Program-made: the position numbers and the translations under genes
The notes under the pieces: model-generated
Told to the model about the DNA's origin: nothing
The model's database searches: none
Seen by the model: the letters and a program-made list of their open reading frames with translations, nothing else
IMG/VR virus record: IMGVR_UViG_3300046519_000190
Span: 1-64,000 of that record
DNA from: a virus
Strand: one strand, 5' to 3'
DNA length: 64,000 bases
Part shown: one piece after another, positions 46,280 to 55,338 of the stretch
Layout: every line of letters begins with the position of its first letter
How positions within the stretch are numbered: the stretch's first letter is position 1

Positions 46280-47584
46280 TTACATATTCTCCACAGCACG
46301 TTGACCCGGGTGTTCCTTCATACGAAGTTCACCCTGCTTTTCCAGTCGCAGGTCTGCACCCACTTGGATCAGCATGTCTTTACGATGACGGAAGCTGTCC
46401 GCCGCAGATGAAACCATCGATGCGATCGCTCGTGCCTCGTGAGCGCGTTCCTGAGCAGCTTGATAACCGCTGTCCTGGATGACCATCGCGTCGATGGATT
46501 TTTCGGTGAACTTCGTGCCGGCCATGACCATCGAATCGCGGAACTTCTGGTTCAGTTGCGCTTCCAGGAGTTCGACTTGCTGCTTCGCACGGTCAGACTG
46601 ATACGTAGCGTCTGCCGACAGTCGTGCGTAGTGGGCAAACAGCGCCGCTTGGCGAGTCATGCCGTCGTTGATGGTGGCTTCGGTGAAGTGCAGGTCTTTT
46701 TGAAGCTGGTCAGCGTCGATGAACGTGTTCAAGCCACCAACTTTCTTGGTCGGGGTCACAGACACCGGCTTCGATGGCGAGCTGACTGCCGCTTTCGGGG
46801 CAGGTGCTGCCGATGGTACTGACGCGAGCAATGCGTCCAGCTCGTCTTCGGTCGGTTCATCGCTGCCGCTCGCTTCTGCGTCTGCGAAAGCCTTTTCGAC
46901 TTTCTGGTTGCGCTCAGAAGCTTTAGCCGTCAGATCATCAACGACATAAGTGCCGTCAGCCTGCATGCCTGGTTTCAGCCTGGTTTCAGCCTCTACCGTG
47001 ATCGTCTCTTCGGCTTTAGGCTCGGTGAGTGCTTTCGCTTTCTTGAACGCCGCGCGCAGGTCTTTCTCGATCTGACCGATTTCGGAGTTCGCGTCAATCT
47101 TGGCGAGAACAGGCTCGGTGATTGCAGAGTGATCGGCATCAGGGTCCAGGCCAAATTCACCCGGCAGGCTCACCAACAGATCGATCACTTGCTCGGCCAG
47201 AGCAAGCTCTTTAGCCTGAGTGGCGTCTGGCGTTCCAACCATACCCAGCATCTTGGCTTGCTCAACGTCACCGCCGGCTGCTTCAAGCAATGCTGCGTCC
47301 AGTTGCTCCTGGGTGATTTCGGTTTCGAGGTCAGCAAGTGACGCCAGGTCATCGTCTTCGGCCGAAGGGGCGGGTTCAGCAGGCTTCGCAGCTACTGCTC
47401 TTGGACGAGTCTTGCGAGGTGGTTTCGGCAGCTCTTCAACGATTTCAGCATCGGTCACGTCGCTGTCGGTAACTGGATGCTTAGCCGTTGGGGCGTCAAG
47501 CTCGTCCAGTTGGCTGAGTTCGTCATCGTCAAGACCTGCAAGCAATGCTTCCAGTTCGTCGATGTCGTTCACTTCTTTGGTCAT
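46280..47584 (-). CDS. long acidic disordered protein with C-terminal UvsY-like domain
   Basis: C-terminal helical DL..., KFTEKSID..., Y..A, F..R..ML pattern; lies between SSB/recA and dnaE. Confidence 0.6.
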   Translation of the reverse strand: MTKEVNDIDELEALLAGLDDDELSQLDELDAPTAKHPVTDSDVTDAEIVEELPKPPRKTRPRAVAAKPAEPAPSAEDDDLASLADLETEITQEQLDAALLEAAGGDVEQAKMLGMVGTPDATQAKELALAEQVIDLLVSLPGEFGLDPDADHSAITEPVLAKIDANSEIGQIEKDLRAAFKKAKALTEPKAEETITVEAETRLKPGMQADGTYVVDDLTAKASERNQKVEKAFADAEASGSDEPTEDELDALLASVPSAAPAPKAAVSSPSKPVSVTPTKKVGGLNTFIDADQLQKDLHFTEATINDGMTRQAALFAHYARLSADATYQSDRAKQQVELLEAQLNQKFRDSMVMAGTKFTEKSIDAMVIQDSGYQAAQERAHEARAIASMVSSAADSFRHRKDMLIQVGADLRLEKQGELRMKEHPGQRAVENM

Positions 47585-47623
47585 TGGGTGAGTCTCGCTG
47601 TTTGTGTGAGTGCGTCAGACGCT

Positions 47624-47655
47624 ATTAAAGCGTACTGACGCTGGGGCTTCTATGG
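47624..47655 (-). promoter_or_regulatory. CC-phased promoter-like element with -10 in a palindrome loop
   Basis: -10 TTTAAT; GCGTCAG.ACGCT/AGCGT.CTGACGC. Confidence 0.65.
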
Positions 47656-47656
47656 G

Positions 47657-50600
47657 TTACAAGTCGAAGATGTCAGCTACCTGCTGGAACACCTGGTCGA
47701 GTAAGGCTTGTTTGCTGGCGTCGAAACAGATCATCGCCGGGTTGAATCCGCTGACCACAGTACAGTCGGTCTTTGGATCGAAGAAAGACTTGCCGCAGTT
47801 GTCTTCCCAGCCACCCTTGATATCCGCAACAAGCTGTCGAACCGCTTTGCTGCCGAGTGCGACGATCACCGGAGGCTTCAAGAGGGCGATTTCTCGATCC
47901 AGGAAGCGGGCACATCCGTTTGCGGTCGTGTTCTCAATCTCCTCTTCCTTGAGCTTGCGAGCCTTGATGAAGCTGGTGACGTACACATCGGACATCTTCA
48001 AGCCGGCTTTCGTCATCGCCGCTTTGATGAATGCTCCAGTATCACCCACCATCATCTGACCCTTCTCTTCCTCTTTGTACGATGGGCCGTCCAGAACGAT
48101 CATGACCTTCGGCTTCTTGCCCAGGACAGGTTGAGGGTGTCTGCGCCCAATAAAGGGACAGCCGTCACAACCTTTGTTCGTTTGGAAGTCGTCGACAATC
48201 TGGATCAGTTCAGCGCTGACGTCGCCAGTGATTTCGATCACGCGCTCTGCCTTGACGTTGCTAACCACGATCCCAGGGAGAAGCTCCTTCTGGTCACGCA
48301 GACGATCCGGGTGTCGGCTGTCCAGTTGACCTGGCTCGATCTTCGCGAACGCACCGATCTTATCCAGAACCTCCTGGTGACGCTTGTTGCATGCGCGCCG
48401 GTCAACTTCGAGGATCAACTCCGCTTTGTTCTTGAACCCGCGACCCAGCTTCTTACGAGCTTCCACGATTGCGTTGGCAGACTTGTCGCTCATGCCCTTG
48501 ATCGATTGGAACGGTGCATACAGGATCTTCTGCCCTCTCGCTGCGTCAAAGCCGACCTCGTAGCGGTTCGAGCTGTGGTTGATGTCAGGGGGTACGATGT
48601 AGATATCGTTCGCCTGAGCATCTTTGGCGAGCCCTGAGAGCTTCTGTTCATCCAGAATCGACAGACAGGCTGCATAGAACGCTTCGGGGTAGTAGACCTT
48701 CACCCACATGGTCATGTAGGAAATGAGGGTGTACGCAACTGAGTGGGATTTGTTGAAGCCATAGCCAGCGAACTTCTCGATCTGCTCGAAGATGAAGGTC
48801 GCGGTTGCGTGATCCAGGCCCGACGTTGCAATACAGCCGTCTACGAACTTGTCGCGCTGTTCGGCCATCTTCACCGGGTCTTTCTTACCCATGATCTTCC
48901 GGAGTCCGTCAGCCTCTGGGAACGTGTAGCCCGCGAGGTCTCGGGAAATCTGCATAACCTGCTCCTGGTACACCATCACAGACATCGTGGGTTCCAGTGC
49001 CGCTTTCATGTTCGGGTGAAGGTACTCAGGCTCGGTGAATTCCTTCTTGATGGACACATACATATCCATCAGACCTGCTTTGATAGGGCCTGGTCGGAAC
49101 AGAGCTGTTGCGGCAACACAGTCGTCGAAGGTCAGATTGCCCCCGCTACCGAGTTCCTTGAGCAGCTTGCGCATACCCCCAGACTCAAACTGGAACACCC
49201 CGTAGGTCTTGCCCTCTGCGAACGACTGGAGAACTTTCGGATCGTCGAGTGGAAGGGTGGTGAAGTCCACATCGATGCCGGCGCTCTCACGAATGTAATC
49301 CCGTGCGAGTCGAAGGATGTCCAAGTTGGACAGACCCAGCACGTCGAGCTTGATCAAGCCGAAGTCTTCGACGACCCGCTTGTCCCAGTTCACGATGCCC
49401 ACGCCCTGGCGAGTGTTGACTACGCCACGTTCAACGATGTCTGTTCCTGCTACAACCACACCCGCTGCGTGCTTGGCGAAGTTCTTGAACGTGCCCTGCA
49501 AACCTACAGATGCCGCCCAAACTTCCGGGTGGTTCAGTGCGAGCTTCTCCAACTCGGGTACGAACGCAACCGCTTTCTCAAGTGGGATTGGTACGCCCGA
49601 CTCTTTCGGCACCAGCTTCGAGCAGTCGTACTGGTTCTCATGCAGACCATGAGCCTTGCCCACCGCTTGAATAGCGCCAGCACCCGCGATGGTGTTGTAG
49701 TTCGCGATCTGGACGACACGATTGCTGCCGAACTTGCCCACCAGATGATCAACGATGTCCTGACGGCGACTGGACATGAAGTCGAGGTCGATGTCGGGCA
49801 AGTCGATACGTTCCGGGTTGATGAATCGCTCGAAAATCAGGTTGAAACGGATTGGGTCCACGTCAGTGATGCCCATCAGATATGCAACCAGGCTACCACC
49901 TACCGAACCCCGACCCGGGCCTACCATGATGTCGTCGTTCTTCGACCAATTGACGATGTAGTGAACCAACTGGAAGTAGGGCTCGAACTCCATCTTCTGG
50001 AGAATGCTCAGCTCGTACTTCAACCGCTCCTGATACTTGGGCAGCAGACTTGCGTCGGGCTTGTAGCCGAACACTTCTTTACCCAGACGCTCTTTCCAAC
50101 CCTGCTTGCAGATGGCCACGATGTCAGCCATTGGACTCGACGACATGACGGGCAGACTTGGGGTCATCTTCGACCACTTGTAAGGGTGGTCTTTGAAGTA
50201 GGCTTGAGTTTTGCACCAGGCTTGGTTGAAAAGATCGGTCGCTGCATCGTCGTCGAAACCCATAGCCACTACACGATCGATCGCCAACCCCATGTGTGTG
50301 ACAACCTCAGTTGCCTCGATCACATGAAGGTCTTCGGGCGGCTCACGGCGAAACATCCCATCAACTTTGTCATGCGACAAGATGGAGTTCATCGTGTTGC
50401 GGAACTTCGCCTCGTCTTTCTGATTGAGCGTGGGCCGGGTCATGATCCCTTCAATGCCCCGTTCCTGCATGAGTTTCAGCGTGTTGAAGTTGTGCGCGTT
50501 GTAGTACGCACTATCAACTGGGATCAGCTCGCACAGTAGCTGTGAGACGTCGAGCGCATAGCAGAGTGAATCTAGTACGCTCTCACGATGTTTGTGCTGT

Positions 50601-51049
50601 AGCACGCTATAAGCGCTGCCCAGGGTCATCGTTAGGTTGCCCCGAGTCATGAACCAGATCAACTCGTCCAAGCTGATCTGCATACGAGCAGGCTTGGTGC
50701 AGTAGTGGTCTTCACGCTGCGCGAGGGTCAACAACTCGCACAAGTCTTTGAAGCCCTCCTCGTTCCTCACATACAGAGAGGGTACGAAGAAAGGATTGGG
50801 CGCTTTCTTTGGCTCGCCCCGCTTCGCTGCTACCCAGTCCAAGTCATGGACGACCGCAATCTGCACGCCCAGTCCTACTTTCAGGCCCTTTGCTTTGCCT
50901 GCGATGATCGGCATCGAGTCGATTGACTCCACGTCCGTCACCACGATGCCATCATACCCGGCAAGCTCCGCTTTCTTTGCGAGGGCTTCCGGGTCGTAGA
51001 TGGACTCTCCAAGTGAAAAATGGGTCTTGGCCCCCAACAGGTTATTCAT
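47657..51049 (-). CDS. dnaE: DNA polymerase III alpha subunit with C-terminal UDG-like domain
   Basis: GPGRGSVGGSLVAY, FERFINPER..LPDIDLDF, HAAGVV, LIKLDVLGL, YGFNKSH; last ~170 aa resemble family-4 UDG. Confidence 0.95.
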   Translation of the reverse strand: MNNLLGAKTHFSLGESIYDPEALAKKAELAGYDGIVVTDVESIDSMPIIAGKAKGLKVGLGVQIAVVHDLDWVAAKRGEPKKAPNPFFVPSLYVRNEEGFKDLCELLTLAQREDHYCTKPARMQISLDELIWFMTRGNLTMTLGSAYSVLQHKHRESVLDSLCYALDVSQLLCELIPVDSAYYNAHNFNTLKLMQERGIEGIMTRPTLNQKDEAKFRNTMNSILSHDKVDGMFRREPPEDLHVIEATEVVTHMGLAIDRVVAMGFDDDAATDLFNQAWCKTQAYFKDHPYKWSKMTPSLPVMSSSPMADIVAICKQGWKERLGKEVFGYKPDASLLPKYQERLKYELSILQKMEFEPYFQLVHYIVNWSKNDDIMVGPGRGSVGGSLVAYLMGITDVDPIRFNLIFERFINPERIDLPDIDLDFMSSRRQDIVDHLVGKFGSNRVVQIANYNTIAGAGAIQAVGKAHGLHENQYDCSKLVPKESGVPIPLEKAVAFVPELEKLALNHPEVWAASVGLQGTFKNFAKHAAGVVVAGTDIVERGVVNTRQGVGIVNWDKRVVEDFGLIKLDVLGLSNLDILRLARDYIRESAGIDVDFTTLPLDDPKVLQSFAEGKTYGVFQFESGGMRKLLKELGSGGNLTFDDCVAATALFRPGPIKAGLMDMYVSIKKEFTEPEYLHPNMKAALEPTMSVMVYQEQVMQISRDLAGYTFPEADGLRKIMGKKDPVKMAEQRDKFVDGCIATSGLDHATATFIFEQIEKFAGYGFNKSHSVAYTLISYMTMWVKVYYPEAFYAACLSILDEQKLSGLAKDAQANDIYIVPPDINHSSNRYEVGFDAARGQKILYAPFQSIKGMSDKSANAIVEARKKLGRGFKNKAELILEVDRRACNKRHQEVLDKIGAFAKIEPGQLDSRHPDRLRDQKELLPGIVVSNVKAERVIEITGDVSAELIQIVDDFQTNKGCDGCPFIGRRHPQPVLGKKPKVMIVLDGPSYKEEEKGQMMVGDTGAFIKAAMTKAGLKMSDVYVTSFIKARKLKEEEIENTTANGCARFLDREIALLKPPVIVALGSKAVRQLVADIKGGWEDNCGKSFFDPKTDCTVVSGFNPAMICFDASKQALLDQVFQQVADIFDL

Positions 51050-51051
51050 GG

Positions 51052-51594
51052 TCAACTCCTGATGATCAATTTCTCATCGGCGATCCTGGCAATACCAAGA
51101 CCTGTCACGACCGACACCCCAATACTTGCCTGCGATGCTGCTACAGACGGGCTGTGCCCTAGTTTGTCTTTCAGTTCCAGCATGTAGGTGTAGCGATCAA
51201 CTGGCCCTTTCAAGAGCAGGTCGAACAAAACAGAAACGGCGAGAGGCTTCTGATCCCGGATTGGGTTCACACCCTCGATCAACATCTTGCGAAAGTTGAC
51301 CTTCGTCCTGAGTAGGGAAGCTGCTACGCGCTGCGCGTTCTCAGGAATCATACTGATTAGTTTCTGGGCAGTCTCAGGCAAGTCAGCGTCGAATCTGGGT
51401 TGCTCTGCGAGCTTCTCAGAGCCTTTGTGAGACATCTTGAGGATTGCATCTACGCTGATGAGGGGTCGAAGCTCCTCGATGCGCTGGCGAGCTGCTGTGC
51501 GGCACTCTGACGAGTATTCGCATGCCTGGCATACGATGGACTTGACGCTGTAGGTAATGGCGTTGCCAAAGCACCCGGGTTTGTCGAATTGCAT
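51052..51594 (-). CDS. Cys-motif protein (PGCFG..CxxC..C)
   Basis: AGGAG RBS; start trimmed to MQFDK. Confidence 0.75.
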   Translation of the reverse strand: MQFDKPGCFGNAITYSVKSIVCQACEYSSECRTAARQRIEELRPLISVDAILKMSHKGSEKLAEQPRFDADLPETAQKLISMIPENAQRVAASLLRTKVNFRKMLIEGVNPIRDQKPLAVSVLFDLLLKGPVDRYTYMLELKDKLGHSPSVAASQASIGVSVVTGLGIARIADEKLIIRS

Positions 51595-51618
51595 CCACCG
51601 AACTCCTACGTTGAAGAC

Positions 51619-51646
51619 AAAAAAGCAGGTCACGAAGACCTGCTTT
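51619..51646 (-). terminator. Rho-independent terminator
   Basis: AAAGCAGGTC/GACCTGCTTT stem plus T-tract. Confidence 0.8.
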
Positions 51647-51663
51647 CTCAATTGCTGCCGATG

Positions 51664-52893
51664 TTACGCGAGGATACGTTTCGCGACACCCAGCGCAGCT
51701 TCTTTTTCTGCTTCTGGCAGACGGTTGCAGTAGGCATACATCGCGCCTTCTACGAAGTCCGCTTTCATCATGCCGATGCGAGCGATGTTGATGGCAACGC
51801 GAGGCCCGATGGTCAGCGAAACGATGTTCGGGAACGACTTGTGACGGATTTCGTCAGCGAACTGGCGAATACGTTTGGCGTCAGCTTCTGACAGGCCAGT
51901 CGCAGCGGCGATCATCGCGATTTCTTGCTTCTCTGGTGGGTAGTCCACCATCGCTACAACACCGAAACGCTCGATGGTCGCGGCGTCTTGGGTGATGGTT
52001 GCTTGGTACAGGCCGGATTGGTCGCCAGTACCGTTCGTGTTGCCCGTTGCTGCGAATGCGAACAGAGGGTGAGGCTTGATCACACGCAGATGTGGCGGGG
52101 CGTTTTTGATGATCAGCGGCTCGCCTTCGAGGATCGCTTGGTACGCAGACAGAACGGTTGGGCTTGAACGGTCGATTTCGTCAGCCAGGTAGGTCCAGCC
52201 GTTCTGCATGGCAGTAGGCAGTGGACCCAGCTCGAACTCAGTGACCGATACAGCAGAGCCATCCGGGTTGATGTGAGGCTTGACGACCCACTGGCCGACG
52301 ATGTGCGACTCTTCGGTGTCGACAGTGTGCTGGAAGCGGAACAGACGACGATTCAAACCGGCGCACATTTGCTTGAAGATCGAGGACTTACCAACGCCAG
52401 AGTGGCCGTACAGGAAGATCGGGGTACGCAGTTCGAGCGCCATCATCACGGTCTTGGTCAGATCGGGGTTCAGGATGTAGTTGTCGTTCCAGGCTGGGAC
52501 CATGTGCTCGTCAGTACCGCCGCGACGGGCGTCAGCAGTGCAAGGGATGCCGGTGCCAGCTTTGGTGTACGCAGACTTGGTGCTCTTCGGGAAGCGGAAG
52601 ACTTCGTGGAAGAAGACCTTCTCGACATCAGGATCGGCCGATGCAGCGGGTTTCGCGCCAGCACCAGGGTTGGCGGCGGCAACTTTAGCCTCTTCGGCTT
52701 CGCGCTTCGCTTTCATTTCGGCCATTTTCAGCTTGGCCGTTTCAGACAGCAGCTCTGCGTCTGGGAATTTGGCACGATAAGTTTCGAGGTCCATCGAAAC
52801 GGCCGAGTCCTCGCTGTGCGCAGTCTTGAGGTGGTTTGCAATGCTGTGTACTTCTTCGCCGCATACTTCGCACTTGATTTTATCGTTGCTCAC
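51664..52893 (-). CDS. CobS/MoxR-like AAA+ ATPase with N-terminal C2H2 zinc finger
   Basis: CEVC..HLKTAH; GHSGVGKS, LADEIDR, ATGNT.G.GD, D.A..ERF. Confidence 0.88.
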   Translation of the reverse strand: MSNDKIKCEVCGEEVHSIANHLKTAHSEDSAVSMDLETYRAKFPDAELLSETAKLKMAEMKAKREAEEAKVAAANPGAGAKPAASADPDVEKVFFHEVFRFPKSTKSAYTKAGTGIPCTADARRGGTDEHMVPAWNDNYILNPDLTKTVMMALELRTPIFLYGHSGVGKSSIFKQMCAGLNRRLFRFQHTVDTEESHIVGQWVVKPHINPDGSAVSVTEFELGPLPTAMQNGWTYLADEIDRSSPTVLSAYQAILEGEPLIIKNAPPHLRVIKPHPLFAFAATGNTNGTGDQSGLYQATITQDAATIERFGVVAMVDYPPEKQEIAMIAAATGLSEADAKRIRQFADEIRHKSFPNIVSLTIGPRVAINIARIGMMKADFVEGAMYAYCNRLPEAEKEAALGVAKRILA

Positions 52894-52948
52894 TGGTGAA
52901 TCCTCTCTTCGTTTAAGTTTAAGTTGTCGCGTTTGATTCAGTGAGCGC

Positions 52949-52980
52949 ATTTTGTACGCTCACTGACGGGCGTTCAATGG
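52949..52980 (-). promoter_or_regulatory. CC-phased promoter-like element with -10 in a palindrome loop
   Basis: -10 CAAAAT; TCAGTGAGCG/CGCTCACTGA. Confidence 0.7.
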
Positions 52981-52983
52981 GGT

Positions 52984-55068
52984 TTAGCTGGCAAGCAGCG
53001 CGTCCCGGAGTTGCTTGAGGACGATGCCTGGCAGCTCTTCGACGTTATCCAGCTTGACGTTCTTGCGGTAGAAGTTCTGCACGGCGTTGGACATGATGCC
53101 GACACCGACGATGTTCGTACCGTCTTTCTCGATGCGCTTGACCACTGCTTTCAAGTGGGCGTTCAGCTTGGCACCAGGCACACCACCAGCAGGTTGACCA
53201 TCGCTGAACACGATCATCATCTTGCCTTTCTTCTTGCCCCGATTGGCATGTCGGCACAGGGACTCGTAGGCATACTGCACAGACTCGCCGTCGATGTTCG
53301 AAGCCATCGATGACTGGACGTGAGCGTAGCTCGCCATGCGCTTCTTGACTTCGATGGAGAACTTCTCTTTGAAGGTCTTGAACATCGGCAGTCGAAGTGG
53401 CTCACAGCGATCCCAGGACCGGCCGCTGTTGTGCTCTTCGCACATTTCTTTGTACAGGTCTTTCGACCGCTGAGCGTACAAGTCGCCAGTCGTGAAGCCC
53501 ATGATTTCGCAATCGACACCCAGACGACCCAGGACGTCTGCAAGCACCCACGCAGAACACATGGCTGTATGAATCTTGGCACCGCCCATCGAACCAGAGC
53601 AGTCGATCACCAGCGACACGGCTACTTCCCGGGTCTTGTGCTCGATCTTGTTCTTGTAGATGTGGTCGTCGCCGGCAGTCAGACGATACAGGTTGTTCGA
53701 CGACAGCTTGCCTTTACGCAGACCCTGTTGAGTCAGCGACTTGTTCCGGGCTGCGAACGCTCGTTCGAGGTTGCGAGACACTGGGCCGACCATGCCCATG
53801 ATGGCTTTTTCCATGTCTTCGAGCCATTTCGGGCTGTAAGATGATGGCACTTTGGGCGCTTCGAGCTGATCCCATTCGCGAGTGAAGACGGTGTAGTCTT
53901 CCTCTTCCATTTCTGTCGAACACAGATCGGTGACGTACTGGCCAAACTCAGTGCCGATATCCTGGGTTTTGTTCCAGTCGAAGTCCTTGAGGTAGTTGGC
54001 GCCACCGTATTCAGCTTGTGCGGACTCGGTGTCTTCTTGAGGGCCTTTGTTCTCTTGCTGGCTGCTGATGCCGTCACCGCCGTCGCTAGCTTCTTCCTCA
54101 CGACGCTCACCATCATTGCTGCCTTCGCCCTCATCTTCCTCGTCGGCATCGTCTTCGCCGTCTTCCTCTTCGCCGGCCCCATCTTCGGCTTCTTCATCTT
54201 CGGGAAGTTCTTCTTTGTCGCCTTTGCCGCCAGAACCTCCTTCTTCCTCTTCACCCTCTTCGTCGAGGGCACCGCCACCAGCGCCTTTGTTACCCTTCGG
54301 TGGCTTGCTGCCCTTTTTGCCACCACCTTTACCGCCCATGCCGCCCGCACCACTGCCACCACCCTTGCCCGATTTGCTCGGGTCTTCATCACCGAATGGG
54401 TTGTTGCCGTCGCCTTCTGGGGGTTCACCCATGACCACGTTGCGAATCTGCTTCGCCATGTCGTAGCAGTCAGACGCTTTGGTCATCGTCTTCATCTTGG
54501 AAGCGATTGGGTCAAGCTGCTTCTGAATGCCGGCGATCAGGGACCACTTGTCGCTCATGTAGTCCTGGAAGAACTTCTGACCACCCCAAGCACGCAATGC
54601 GGGGATCGCGAGGACTTGGAACAGCTCTTGCTCTTCGGCGCCGTTTGCGAGGGCTTCTTTCAGCTTCGGCGTGATGAACTTGTCCACGAACGTTTGGTGC
54701 ATGTTCGCGAGGTTGTGGCGAGAACCCTGGAAGTTCTTGACCATTTCCTTCTCGCAGAAGAAGGATTCGAGCGGGTTATACAGACCGCTCATATTCTCGT
54801 GAGTCGCACGCAGGTTCGATTTGCCGTCTGCGTACAGGACTTTGGAGATTTCGCTGTCGAGGAAGCCTTGAATCGCGTCGATCAGCTCTTCGCTGGCGTC
54901 GTCCGGGATCATCGGCAAGTTGACGCGCGTTGCCTTCATGGTACGTTCGTCATACTTCACGAACGCCTTTACACCCGATTGGGTGACGAGAACTTTGCCG
55001 TCAGAGAGGATTTGCGCAATCTTGGTGATTGCTTCCCTCATGATAACGACGCGTTGAGTGCGATCCAT
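52984..55068 (-). CDS. CobT-like vWA-domain protein
   Basis: MIDAS DCSGSM, NIDGES, VFSDGQP; acidic linker; adjacent to the CobS-like ATPase. Confidence 0.88.
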   Translation of the reverse strand: MDRTQRVVIMREAITKIAQILSDGKVLVTQSGVKAFVKYDERTMKATRVNLPMIPDDASEELIDAIQGFLDSEISKVLYADGKSNLRATHENMSGLYNPLESFFCEKEMVKNFQGSRHNLANMHQTFVDKFITPKLKEALANGAEEQELFQVLAIPALRAWGGQKFFQDYMSDKWSLIAGIQKQLDPIASKMKTMTKASDCYDMAKQIRNVVMGEPPEGDGNNPFGDEDPSKSGKGGGSGAGGMGGKGGGKKGSKPPKGNKGAGGGALDEEGEEEEGGSGGKGDKEELPEDEEAEDGAGEEEDGEDDADEEDEGEGSNDGERREEEASDGGDGISSQQENKGPQEDTESAQAEYGGANYLKDFDWNKTQDIGTEFGQYVTDLCSTEMEEEDYTVFTREWDQLEAPKVPSSYSPKWLEDMEKAIMGMVGPVSRNLERAFAARNKSLTQQGLRKGKLSSNNLYRLTAGDDHIYKNKIEHKTREVAVSLVIDCSGSMGGAKIHTAMCSAWVLADVLGRLGVDCEIMGFTTGDLYAQRSKDLYKEMCEEHNSGRSWDRCEPLRLPMFKTFKEKFSIEVKKRMASYAHVQSSMASNIDGESVQYAYESLCRHANRGKKKGKMMIVFSDGQPAGGVPGAKLNAHLKAVVKRIEKDGTNIVGVGIMSNAVQNFYRKNVKLDNVEELPGIVLKQLRDALLAS

Positions 55069-55104
55069 AGTTTCAACCTGTTTGAGTGTTTGTTTACAGA
55101 ACAG

Positions 55105-55135
55105 AGTATGCGCGAAAGAAACTGGGGACACGCGG
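55105..55135 (-). promoter_or_regulatory. CC-N8-CC-N13 promoter-like element
   Basis: -10 CATACT, exact spacing. Confidence 0.7.
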
Positions 55136-55149
55136 TCCCCAGCAGGTAG

Positions 55150-55338
55150 TTATTCGAGAGGTATCACCTGCTCGACGTAGAAGGCTCGACCATTGTGAAA
55201 GTCCTCATCCATTGCATTGGCTGCAACGTGACCCATTTCGCGAGCGGCGTCTTCGTCATCGGCATAGACGCTGATGTGGCGAGTCTCTGGCGACCCTGAA
55301 CATTCGCGGATCACGATCAAGAAGTTGGTTCGGCTCAT
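55150..55338 (-). CDS. hypothetical protein
   Basis: ATGA-coupled to the ligase gene. Confidence 0.65.
   Translation of the reverse strand: MSRTNFLIVIRECSGSPETRHISVYADDEDAAREMGHVAANAMDEDFHNGRAFYVEQVIPLE

Noticed and set aside
51664-55068. Cobalamin biosynthesis function for the cobS/cobT-like genes
   Set aside because: No cobN or other cob genes are present; phage homologs are generic MoxR/vWA pairs.
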